A stretch of DNA of 63,117 nucleotides, counting the filler, from Dicyema japonicum (lineage: Eukaryota; Animalia; Dicyemida), in assembly GCA_011109175.1 (NCBI GenBank). It is 7 parts of 7 records of this genome, joined end to end, with 100 filler letters (N's around TTAATTAATTAA, not from the genome) between each part and the next. Parts side by side here need not be neighbours in the genome. Positions count along the whole stretch, not along the records: positions 1 to 19,629 come from RDEW01000040.1; 6 more parts are not named here. The stretch is one strand, 5' to 3'. Position 1 is the first letter of the stretch; the number at the start of each line of letters is the position of its first letter. Below the pieces are notes generated by a model. It searched no databases. It was not told where the DNA came from and saw nothing but the letters and a program-made list of their open reading frames with translations. This document shows, one piece after another, positions 1 to 12,000 of this stretch. The translations under genes were made by a program, and so were the position numbers.

Positions 1-870
1 TCGATCAAGACCCACTGGTTCAAGCTGTGCTGGTAAGCCTGAAGCCTTCAGAGCTCTGACGATCACATCATTCAGAGCAGCATGACGTGGTCCCCTTCCG
101 GCGCTTCTTCTGCAGGACAGCGGGTGCAATCCTTTCGCATCGACTGTTTTCCCGCATAGGCATCGGTGCTCCTGGCAAACGTCTAGTCCCAGCCTTTGTC
201 CGATTCCAATCNNNNNNNNNNNNNNNNNNNNNNNNNNNNNNNNNNNNNNNNNNNNNNNNTTCAAGCTGTGCTGGGAAGCCTGAAGCCTTCAGAGCTCTGA
301 CGATCACATCATTCAGAGCAGCATGACGTGGTCCCCTTCCGGCGCTTCTTCTGCAGGACAGCGGGTGCAATCCTTTCGCATCGACTGTTTTCCCGCATCG
401 GCATCGGTGCTCCTGGCAAACGTCTAGTCCCAGCCTTTGTCCGATTCCAATCCTCAAAGAATCGTCGTTCAAAAAGGTCCCGAGGTTTGGGCAAGGTATT
501 GCACCAAGCCATGCTCCACTCCCTCTACTTGAAGCTGACACCAAACAAGCCAGACGATGTTGATTTGCTTCTTTCTTAAGGTCTTCCAAAATTTTGGAGC
601 AGACAATGTCATCCCAATTACTTTGATTCGTTGTGTCTTCGGGGATTTTGAGTCCGGACCCGTTCCATTTCTGACAAGCTTCGTCAAATGACTCATTCCA
701 GCGAAGTCCAATTGTGTTATGAAGGACTTGCCGTGTCAAATGGCTGCAGCTTGAGAGAGACGATAGGTATGCCGGGTACGCAACATCCAGCGCCGATATC
801 ATTCCGACACCCCCAAATCCAGAGGGAAGCTAACATTGTTTCCAACCAAATTCGTAGAAGCGGACGTTAA
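1..870 (-). mobile_element. CRE-like non-LTR retrotransposon, C-terminal zinc-finger/RLE region (fragment; 1-211 duplicates 260-451 across a gap)
   Basis: ORF 68..802 has GAWLGAIP..LGTFL, CRCG, HPLSC and RHAALNDVI, the motifs preceding the restriction-like endonuclease in CRE-type elements. Confidence 0.8.
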
Positions 871-1949
871 TTAGTGACTCAATTTTAAAAATTAATAAAT
901 TAAATTTAAAATTATCACACTCTTCTTCTTTTAGAAGAAGTGTGATAAGTGTGATAATTTTGTGATAAGAAGAAGAGGAATTACTAACAATCTGGATCAA
1001 AATACGCTTAATTAGTTAATTTACTCGTTATTATTATATTACAAATTTGGTTAATAAAAAATAGTTAAAATTCATTTTAATGTTTATTTATTTACTATTA
1101 TTAAATTTTAACTTAGTTCGCCCTAGTGATAACTAACGTTTTTTTCTTAGCTTCTCTAAATTGACCTGCCTTGATCTTCTCTTCAAACCTTTTGACAGTA
1201 GTCGCTCCTGTAGATCGTAAAGAGGTGCTAACTTTTAATGTTGCACTTTTTGACTCTTTTGAATTATCTTTTTGAACTATTTTTTTCCAACCAACGTCAC
1301 AACAACCACTCTGCGCCGAGTCGATTTTTCTGATCAAATCTTAAATAACGAAATAATAAAATGTCCTCTTTTATCCGATCCATAAGTTATTCGGGCTTTC
1401 TGTTCTGGATAATTGACTTTTATGGCTTTGTGGCTTTCACTGTCCCTTTGAGATGTCAAGACACACATGAAGAGACTATATTTTAAAGTCACCTAAAAAC
1501 AATATTTCTAAATATTTCAAATTATTTTATTTATAAAAGTTAACTTTTTTTCTTGGGACCACGTGATCTCAATTATTAGATTTATTCCTAAGACATCACA
1601 GAAATATCATTATATGATCTCCTAGTTTACGAGAACTTAGGTTCAACAAAAATTTAAAAATAAAGTGGCTATTGAAATTTATTTCCAAAGACCGCAGTTA
1701 AAGACAAAACAAGAAATTATGTGATTAATTCAGGATTTAAATTTTTATAGGCCGTCTTGAATATTTTTTTATAAACTCGGTTGTACTGATACGCCTAATG
1801 TTATGTTTGAAAAAAACCAGTTCGAAAACAGTGACCAGCTGTGGAAGGACATATTAAATGATGGTCTTTTGACTACATCTTATTGAATTACACTTATCGA
1901 ACTGAATAGAATCCAAATAAAAAATTAGATAAAAAATAAATATAACTTA

Positions 1950-2280
1950 AGCTCTGGGAGGTGTCTTGTTATGGATTCAACGTGCACGGACACTTTCTCT
2001 AATGGGAATTTGATTAATTCATCGTTGAACGTGAGTTCCACAGCGAGCACTGATTGGAAAGGAGAAAGTACCAAGGCATCGTGGACCGATTCATTTTCCA
2101 GCAGATCTCCGTTGAGACGTCTGACGTTATTGCCACGTCTGAGTTTATCAGGTTAAGGAAGAAGGGTGAACCTAGAATGACGCGATAGGTTTTCAAGAAC
2201 ATTGAGCTCGCAATTATGAGAGGTAACTCCTATTGCGTGCTCAATGCCTGCAGACCATAATGGAGACCTGTCAACAACTT
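1950..2280 (+). mobile_element. Degenerate CRE-like RLE 3' fragment
   Basis: (W)DSTCTDTFS ... LAIMRGNS remnants; similar to 17800-18150 and 4175-4300. Confidence 0.65.
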
Positions 2281-2339
2281 TACTTAAATTATTGCGGTTA
2301 ACCACAAATTTATAAATTTAACATTAAAGATTATCAAAT

Positions 2340-2716
2340 TTATTTGACAACTACAACATCTCCCTTTTCTATTAGATCCACCGCTTTATCATACTTTGGG
2401 GGTTCATCGTCAGGATTTATCATAGATTTTGCAGCAGTGTAAGAAGGGGGAGAACTTTGATGATCTTGAGGAAGAGACTATTTTAAACATTAAATTAAAA
2501 ACACTTGATTAATTTTTTCCCAATAATTTACAGAGAGTATCAAAGACACCATCGAAAGAACCAGTAATATTGTCCCTGTTAGTGTGTTTCTTGTTGAAGT
2601 AAGAGCTATATTTTTAAATTATAAAAACCAAAAATTAAGGATGAAAATATCATAAAAATGACACAAAATGCTGCATAAAAAAGAGTAAGATAAAAATATT
2701 TCTTATTTTCAAACAT
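2340..2716 (-). CDS. Small two-TM membrane protein with two PPxY motifs (3 exons)
   Basis: ATG at 2716; GT-AG introns 2606-2628 (23 nt) and 2478-2504 (27 nt); spliced product MFENKKYFYLTLFYAAFCVIFMIFSSLIFALTSTRNTLTGTILLVLSMVSLILSVNYWEKINQSLPQDHQSSPPSYTAAKSMINPDDEPPKYDKAVDLIEKGDVVVVK*. Confidence 0.6.
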
Positions 2717-2869
2717 GATAAAAATATCTCATTTAATTACTTGAATTATAAAAATATTATTATAATATTAACTTTAAAAATTTTATTAATATTTTTAATT
2801 ATTTTAACAAAATTGATTATTTTGAGGTATAATTGTCTGTGTTTCTGTCAGGAAATCCATTTTCGGAAA

Positions 2870-3190
2870 GCCGAGTGGCGCCAATGTTAGCGTGGTGCTA
2901 TGTGGCTACTTGATTGAAGATTTTTGTTTGTTTCTTCTGTTCCTCCTCTTCCCGTTACGAACAGAGTGGAGTCATATGATCAGGGTGGCATATAAATGAT
3001 CATTTTCTCTCCCCATTCCACTGGAGGGGTTGCCACATCTGCAAGAAATAGACGTCTTCTTCTTTTTATGCTGGTTCTGGATGGACTTGCTTTACGTTAA
3101 AGTACTCTGTTTCTGTGACTGTTGAAGCTGGATACACATGGTTGTTGTTAACTTGTTTTTCAGTGTATCCATGATAAATAATAATAATTT
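2870..3190 (+). repeat. Dispersed ~250-320 bp repeat, copy 1 (SINE-like or LINE 3' end, TAA-repeat tail)
   Basis: Shares CCCCA(T/C)TCCACTGGA...CTGCAA...GACG...ATGGACT...GTGTATCC with 5930-6185 and 41140-41310. Confidence 0.7.
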
Positions 3191-4617
3191 TCGGAAAAGA
3201 TTAGAAATTCCAATCGAGGTCCTCTCCAAAATTTTAAAGTGACATTTCCGGAAGGCTGCGGAATCGTTGGCGAACTACTCTACAAGATTGGGAGCTAGGA
3301 TTACTTGATTAGCTGGCTAAGACACCTTCTTTCTTGATGTTCTTTGGGTTTCTTGAATAAAAATAAATCATGAAGACATGATCAATAAGCTACTTGGACT
3401 CCCCCACTTCAATGAATCATTCTTCGAAAGAGTTCCTACAGTTGTGGTTTTGGAATGACTTTAACAGACTGTGACCCTGGGTACTGGATGAACTTAATTA
3501 GCCGTTTACCTCATTCTTGTTGTATCAAAAATATAATATTAACTAAAAATACAGAAGTAAAACTTGGGGGATCTCATGAAAAAAAGAGAGAAATCTTGCT
3601 TCTTGAGTGAATGACGTTAAGTCACACCTTGGTTGTGACAGGGATAACCCCTTGCTGTGACGCATTCATGTGATGCCTCAGACAACAATTTCTTATTATT
3701 TTTATATTCAGACATAGTCATTTCCTCTCCAAATGGGGACTTGAACCAACATAATAGTTATTCTTTTCTAACACGAGTAAATCTCCATCGAATGACATTC
3801 AATATATCTGTTTCCCACATCTTTTTATCAGTGATAGTGCAACTGGTGACAATTAGTCTCACTACAATAATTCTCGGATTATCAATTAAAGCCAATTTGG
3901 AAAAAATGTCGACACAAGTCGGGCTAGACAGACTCCATAACCGTTTGCTTTGAAATTTCTTTATTAGTTTCGGTGCAGTAATCCAGGTTAGATGAAGAAA
4001 GACGATCCACAAAGACCGTATTTAAAATATCTTATTTAATTACCCCAGTTTACTTAAGTGAATATGGTTAACATAAGTCAGATGGATCAGAGTGATTCTT
4101 CATGTGGCTTCTAAAATCTTATTAATCCTCAAATATTCTAACGTATTATAAGAAATGCTATCTCTATTATCAGACGGATTGCGGGGAAGCGGAAGGGTGA
4201 ACCTAGAATGACGCGATGGCTTTTCCATAACATTGTGCTCTCTATTATGAAAGGAAACTCCCTGCATACAGACCATAGTAAATACCGAGTCACAACAACT
4301 TTATTTTAAATCTCTATTAATCGTTAAAATTCGAAGGGGGATATCTTAAAACGGGACAAATGATTATTATTGACTACTCAAAACTCATCTAATTTTAAGC
4401 GGGAAAATGTACGCATATCTAATTCATAACTTTAAGTTTATGATGTCTCACGAATCCTTCATCTTGTATAGTTTAATCCCCAATAAAGAAAAGTAACACT
4501 TAATATTCCACTTAACATCATCGACACAGATCCCCCGACCATCTGTTTTGTGTTTACTCTGTTACACGTTCTCAATGTATTAAAATTCCAATTACTCAAT
4601 ATTATAATTTACAATTA

Positions 4618-5806
4618 TTAGTCAGATAGCATTATTTCATCAGGATTGTGAATATTCTCATAATACTCATTGGGGTCACTCACACAAAATGTTTCACAAA
4701 AATACAAATTGTGCTTATTTGGAAGAAAACTTATTTGTCCACCACTTGTATCATAATATTGTGGGATTAAATAATCTCCCTTAAAGAATTGCATAATTTC
4801 ATTAATTTCGTCATTTCTACAATATAATGTAAAATAACTTCATTTTGGGACATTCAGTAATATCATTCAAAGACATCCCATCTGTTTTCTTTAGAATTGA
4901 TATCCACTCCTTATCAAAATAAATATTAGGCACTCCCGAGTTGTCGGAAGAAACATCCACAACCTTTAGTCTTCCTTATCATTACCTGCATAAATCTTCT
5001 TCTGGGAAGACATTTGTCAAGAGCCAAGAACTTTGTGGTCTCACCTCCCAAGTGTTGCACGTGGGCAGCGAAATGAACATGGAGATGAGCCGAAAACCAA
5101 TAGGATGGTCTCAATTCGTTGAGAAGTAAGTCTAAAGGATGACTGCCGAGTCTTTTGGTGGAGATGTCGTCATAGAAAAACGGCTTCATATGAAGAAGCC
5201 ATTCCAAATCTCCATGACCGAGTACAGAGGAGGGCCAATCATGGGAGATCATTATATCAATTTTTGACGAATTTTTAAGTAAACGGTAAATTTCCTGGAT
5301 CCTGTAATGGTAGACACTTCTAATGGAAGATTCATCATAGGGGGGATGTTCATATCTATCAGTCCTGTAGTTATGAAAATTGTAGATGCCAGACAATCCA
5401 CCAATCCTTACTCCGTTTATATTTATTATCCCCGCATATCCTGGAATTATAGAATTTCAAACCCATGTAGTAAATATTGTGGGCCACAAACCCACCAAAT
5501 GGAAGTTGTTGAAGATAATTCGAAGCTTCGTGGTTTCCTCCCACAAAAATTGTGAGTTTGGGAGCAACAACATCACCGTTAAAATATCTTAGGATGAAAA
5601 TACTAATACTTCCAAAAATCCATCATTTTTCTATATTTTTTAGGCACAGCAACTGAATCTAAATCCTGTTCATTTCTGACAGCCTGAAAGTCTCCACATA
5701 TTATGACAATATCAATTTCAAAGTTGTTAACTTTCTCGGAGTGTAAAACTGTACTGTAAATGTCATCCAAGGCACCATGTCCACATCCGATAACTGCAAT
5801 TTTCAT
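4618..5806 (-). CDS. DBR1: Lariat debranching enzyme, complete, 5 exons, ~366 aa
   Basis: Motifs [41 protein letters not shown] and C-terminal NPDEI; introns 5588-5609, 5441-5462, 4964-4985, 4817-4838 (each 22 nt, GT-AG) give an open frame to TAA at 4618. Confidence 0.95.
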
Positions 5807-5929
5807 ATTAATTTTTTAAATTTGTTTATAATTTTAATAATATTATTAATTTTATTTTAAAACTGAGTATGAAAGAAATTTTCCAAAGTTTTTTAAGACC
5901 ATCAGGCAACTGAATAAAAACATTTGCCG

Positions 5930-6185
5930 CCTGGGTCATGTGGTGCTACGTGTCTAATTGGTTGAATTTTTTGCTTGTTTCTTTCTTTTCAGACCGCCAG
6001 AAAAAAAGGATCATTTGCTCTCCCCCACTCCACTGGAGGGGTTTCAACAACTGCAACTAATGGACGCCTTTTTCCTTTTATGCTGATTCCGTATGGACTC
6101 TGTTTCTGTAGAAGTGGAAACTGGTTACAATTAATCAGTTGTTTACTTTAACTTCTTTCTCGGTGTATCCGGGGTTAATAAATGT
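5930..6185 (+). repeat. Dispersed repeat, copy 2
   Basis: Similar to 2870-3190 and 41140-41310; ends GGTGTATCCGGGGTTAATAAAT. Confidence 0.7.
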
Positions 6186-6274
6186 GACCGGTTCAGAATG
6201 AGATACGGTTGAATACGAGCCGTTAAATATCAATCTTCAATGTACCGATTTAAAAAGCCAATCAAACAAAATGG

Positions 6275-7920
6275 CAATCGTCCCAGATAACAGATAACAT
6301 GATTTATTCGCAAAACCCCAACTAACTAAACAAGGTAAGAGCCATTAACTAAAGAGGAAAAACCAAGATTTGGGGTCGTCTATATCGGGGCACTCTCATG
6401 AGACACCGTATGTCTCTTCTCCGTAAAAAGCCCCAATTACAATGCGAGTTTCCACAAGCAATCAATAATTCTCGGTCTCTTCGTATTCAAATTAGATTTA
6501 TAATAAATCGAAGTTCCAGTTCCAGAAATAGAACCCTTCTTCCACGGAATATCAATTGATGAAAATCCATTAAGTTTAAAAGAACTTCCCTTCTTGATCT
6601 TCGTCTCATTTACTATCAAAACATCCATATGCACTGTGCTGACCAATGCAGTCAGCTCTGAAGCCCGCTTCCGAAGAGAGCGGGCATTAATCAGGGTTAT
6701 CCTGATTACTTCTGATTTTTTTTGGTGGCTGATCCCTCCTCTTAGGATCGCCACCAATTCCAATTTCGTCCAGATAACAGATAACATGATTTATTCGCAA
6801 AACCCCAACTAACTAAACAAGGTAAGAGGCATTAACTAAAGAGGAAAGCCAAGATTTGGGGTCGTCTATATCGGGGCACTCTCATGAGACACCGTATGTC
6901 TCTTCTCCGTAAAAAGCCCCAATTACAATGCGAGTTTCCACAAGCAATCACCGATTCTTCTCGTTTTTCTTTCGTATTCGTCATCAATTTCAGATGCTAA
7001 ATCCAATCCATGTGCGAGTTTAATTGAATACCTTCTTGTCTTTTCTAATTTATTTAGTAGAACTGATTCCTCCTCTGTTTTAAACAACCTTGATATCCAT
7101 ATATTAGGAAAGGTTCAATACACGTTTTGTAGACAAACATAAAAGTATCTGGAGACAAATGAAAGCGGAGTAGGGACTTGAGCATTCCCGTAGCTTTCTC
7201 TCTTCGTATTTTGATGTGCTTTTAAACGATCCTTTTTTGTTAATGCATACTCCAAGGTATATCAGGTTTTCCGAGAATTTAACATTCCCTGTATCAACAT
7301 ATTGATTCTTCGTATTTCTCGCTATCCAGGTTACAGAACTTTTTTCTCTTGATAATGTCAATCCATTATTCCGACACCAATCTTCGATTTTCGACATATG
7401 AGCTACTGTTCTTTTCCATGATTTATTCATACTAGTGTCCAAAATTAGAATGTCGTCTGCATAAATTATCATTTTGGTATTGATGTGTTCCGGTTTTGGA
7501 ACCTCGCTCATTATACAGTTAAAGAGGAGGGGACTCAAAATTGAACCTTGTGGAACACCTCTACTTAGTTTTATCTTTTTAGAAAGCATATTTCCCACAC
7601 GAATATAAGACTCTCTTCCCATAAGGAAGTCTCTAATCCACATGAGCGCCGACTTTCCAATGTTCGCTTTTGACAATGTCTCGAGAAGTCCCTCATGCCA
7701 GACACTGTCAAAAGCCTTGGATATGTCCAAACACGTTGCAGTAAGGTATTCTTTCTTACTTATAGATTCTTGAATTGACTTCCTAAGTTCTTGGATGCAG
7801 TCTTCAGTTCCTCTATTTTTACGGAACCCCCACTGATTGTTTGCAAGAAAATTGTTTTCCTCAACCACTTTTGATAATCTATTGAAGACAATTTTCTCCA
7901 TAATTTTTGAAGTTGAAGAA
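6275..7920 (-). mobile_element. Rearranged copies of a Jockey/I-like LINE: RT C-half + 3' repeat, APE start + 3' repeat
   Basis: ORF 7104..7901 has QWGFR, LDISKAFDSV, GVPQGSILSPLLF, YADD; ORF 6437..6787 has APE N-terminus LINARSL..NETK; terminal repeat at 6275-6462 and 6766-7025. Confidence 0.85.
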
Positions 7921-7999
7921 ATTTATTCCAAAGTAAGTAAGGAGTTAGTGTAAGGGATTTTAATCGTATCCGCCTTTGCGGCCTGGACACTTCACACGT

Positions 8000-8930
8000 A
8001 TCCCATCTCCATTGTAGTCGTCCATTTAGTACGTATTGTAAAGCTGGTTACCCAACCTTACTTCGATATCTATTTTACCGGCCTGACAAGGCTATTCTCT
8101 TCCTCGGAGAGGCTTTCATGTAATTTCCTCCCCAGAGATATTTTTATCGCCGCTCGCCTTGTTTTCTCCAGGCGAGCGAAAATCCTTTCTCTCGAGGGAG
8201 TATAAAACCATCCCTCGCATCCGTATATCAGTCTTGGGAGAATCGAACACAATTCGGAAGATATAGAGCATTGTATCGGCATCCAACATAAGTTTTCTGG
8301 AGCAGAACATCGCTTGAACGGCCTTCTTCCTCCGCTCCTCGATGTCCTTCCGATACGATCCTCTTCCATCCACTGCAATCCCCAGGTATTTCAGGCTAGA
8401 GACTCTAGGTATCCGTAGCGTATAGGACTCTCTCTGGTGCCGACCCAGCCTGCATATTCGCAAGTAACTGGATTTTTCTGTGGATAGTTTCATCCCTCTC
8501 CTATCGCACCAAACCTGAACTCTGTCGACAAAAGCCCCGATTCGTCGCTCAGAGATGTAGGCCTTTAGAGATGAATCTATGATAAAGATGTCATCCGCAT
8601 ATATCATCAGCTTGGTCCTAACGTCTTGTGGAGAAGGAAAGTCTTCCATAAATATGTTGAATAATAGAGGGCTTAGAATAGACCCTGCGGCACTCCTCTT
8701 TAAACAATATATCTTCGGAATATCTTCCACCAACCACCACGTTTGATATCCTCTTAGTCAACAGGTTCTTCAGCCATAGGAACATTTGTCTTGAAATTTT
8801 TTGATCGATGATCGAACCAATTGACAGTGAATGCAATTTCCGCACGATCTCCCTGGCGAAAACCCCATTGGTAACACTGTAGAAAATTAATCTTTTCTAT
8901 ATATTAATATCCTAACTTGGTTTTCGGAAT
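8000..8930 (-). mobile_element. Second Jockey/I-like RT fragment, frameshifted
   Basis: GSILSPLLFNIF, YADDI, LKYLGI, LPRLIYGCE across ORFs 8116..8733 and 8070..8378. Confidence 0.8.
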
Positions 8931-8937
8931 ACAACTT

Positions 8938-9013
8938 CCAGGCTCTTTGTATAACTTTTTGGATAGCATCGATATAAGGCTCTTTGTATAACTTTTTGGA
9001 TAGCATCGATATA
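8938..9013. repeat. ~37-bp tandem duplication
   Basis: AGGCTCTTTGTATAACTTTTTGGATAGCATCGATATA occurs twice in tandem. Confidence 0.85.
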
Positions 9014-9018
9014 TTTTT

Positions 9019-12000
9019 CAATCGTCCCGAGATAAGATAAGATAACATGATTTATTCGCAAAACCCCAACTAACTAAACAAGGTAAGAGGCATTAACTAA
9101 AGAGGAAAGCCAAGATTTGGGGTCGGCTATATCGGGGCACTCTCATGAGACACCGTATGTCTCTTCTCCGTAAAAAGCCCCAATTACAATGCGAGTTTCC
9201 ACAAGCAATGTAATAAATCACCGATTCTTCTCGTTTTTCTTTTCGTATTCGTCATCAATTTCAGATGCTAAATCCAATCCATGTGCGAGTTTAATTGCAT
9301 ACCTTCTTGTCTTTTCTAATTTAGTTAGTAGGACTGATTCCTCCCTGTTTTAAACCAACCTTGATATCCATATATTAGGAAAGGTTCAATAACGCTTTGT
9401 AGACAAACATAAAAGTATCTGGAGACAAATGAAAGCGGAGTAGGGACTTGAGCATTCCCGTAGCTTTCTCTCTTCGTATTTTGATGTGCTCTTTAAACGA
9501 TCCTTTTTGTTAATGCATACTCCAAGGTATATCAGGTTTTCCGAGAACTTAACATTCCCTGTATCAACATATTGATTCTTCCTATTTCTCGCTATCCAGG
9601 TTACAGAACTTTTTTCTCTTGATAATTCCATTATTCCGACACCAATCTTCGATTTTCAACATGGAAACTTCACTTTCTCCATTATAGGCAAACTCCGAGC
9701 TTGTCCCCACTCCTTGGTGCAAAGTGATTAATTTCTACTGAAGTTAAAATCTTTAACTCTCAGACTTCATCCATTTTACAAGGCATTTTCCATCTTGATT
9801 GGTTGCTACACAACCAACTATCTGTTGAATTGACTTTTTAAGTTCTCGGATGCAGTCTTCAGTTCCTCTATTTTTACGGAACCCCCACTGATTGTTTGCA
9901 AGAAAAATTGTTTTCCTCAACCACTTTTGATAATCTATTGAAGACAATTTTTCCCATAATTTTTGAAGTTGAACAAATAAGACTAATTGGTCTATAATTT
10001 TCTGGATTAGACTTGCGATTTTCTTTCTTTCCAATCATCCGAACAATCGACTTTTTCCAGGTCGATGGAACGTGAGCAAATTTCCCACGAGGCATTATAA
10101 AGCATGGTTAATGCATCAATTAACATAGAATTTGCATTCTTAAATATTTTCATTGGGATAAAATTCCATCCAGGGGTTTTGTTCTTGCAGCTACTAATCG
10201 CAATTTTTACTTCTTCAGGGGAAATAGGAGTACACATAGGACCCTTCATTGACACCATCCTATCATAGTGACGATTATTGCTTCGAAATTCACATGGAAT
10301 AATGGAAGCAGAATCTACTTCTTGAATTTTTGCTAACTTGCCCGTAGAATTTCTGGGATTCCCCCCTTTGAAATACAACAACCATTAGATGATTTTAGGT
10401 TTGGATTTCATCACATTTATCATCAGAGATTTCAATCTCGCGAATACTTTCCAAAAGTCTGCATTCTTGTGGTGTTGATCTTTGAGCATTCTTTATCCAT
10501 TTATTTTCCTGTTTTCGTTTGGATATTTCCATTAATTCATTTTTCACTAAGCTGATCTGAACCTTTAGCTTTTCCGAGTCGGGAATGTTCCAACATCTTT
10601 TCAGTTTACTTTCAAGTGATTTTTCTCTCGATGAAGGAATCTTCTTTTAAGCTCATTGATGAGCATCCATGCGGCATATGGAATTTTTTACTTCCATATT
10701 CGTCCAAATAACACAATATCAAAGTCCTAATTTTGTCATCCAAGCAATCAATATCTGAGGAGTCCAAGATCAATAGATCACAGACATTTCCAGTTTCACC
10801 CGTATAAAATAATCGAAATCAACCCAGTTGACATTATTAAGGTTGTAGCCAACAAAAGTTCTTTCAGCAGATATAGGCCCCGACCTTATTTCCAAAGTTT
10901 GTGGAAGATGGTCGCTTCCAATATCTTGCTCCACATATGGGTGCTCACAAATTTTGCTTAGATTCTGAGGCATCACAAAAACTCCGAGCTTGTCCCCACT
11001 CCCTTGGTGCAAAGTGATTAATTTCTACTGAAGTTAAAATCTTTAACTCTCCAGACTTCATCCATTTTACAAGGCATTTTCCATCTTGATTGGTTGCTAC
11101 ACAACCATAGTCAGTATGTTTAGCGTTCATGTCCCCAACAAGGATTGGATATTCATTGTTTTCCATAAATTTGTCAACAATCCATGGATACTCTCTTAGT
11201 TTTTTAGAATAGATTCCTCCGATAGTTATTTATCCCATGGTTGTTTGTAGTTGAATGCTTGCTAGTTCACAAAGATTTTCTTCATTGATCGTGGGTAGTT
11301 CTTGTATTTAAAGAAGTTTTGTAGTAAATTGAAGTTCCTGTTCCAGCACAAGAACCAGTCTTCCAAAAAAATATCTAATGAGTCGCATCCATCAATTTTA
11401 AATGGTCTTTTCTTCAATTTAGTTTCGTTTATAATTGAACATCCATCTGGATCGTGCTGGCTAGAGCAACCAGCACTGAGGCCCGTTTCCGAAGAGAACG
11501 GGCATTAATCAGGGTTATCCTGACTACTTCTGGTTTTTTGGTGACTGCCCTCTCTTCTTAAGAGCGCGCACCAAATCTAGTAAAAATTTAGAATCCTTTT
11601 TGTGTCTAGTCATATCTTTAATGCTTCTCTCCAACTTGTCAAGAATCGAGTTGGAAGCTACTACTTCTTCATTTTCAGACAAGATGTTTGAGTGAGTCTC
11701 GATAGTCTGTGTAGCAACTCCAAAAGCACTTTCTAACAGGTGTTTCCGCCTGGTCACTCTCATCAAAACTGCTTGTCTGTGTTGAAGCTTCTTACTGTTT
11801 CTTTATAAAAGGTTTCTTATTAATGTCGTATTCCAGCCAGTCTGCTCATCATACATTCTTAATTTCTTATTCGTTCCAATATTGGAAACTTCACTTTCTC
11901 CATGTGCTTCAATTTAGTTTCGTTTATAATTAGAACTTCCATCTGGATCGTGCTGGCTATAGCAACCAGCACTGAGGCCCGTTCCGAAGAGAACGGGCAT

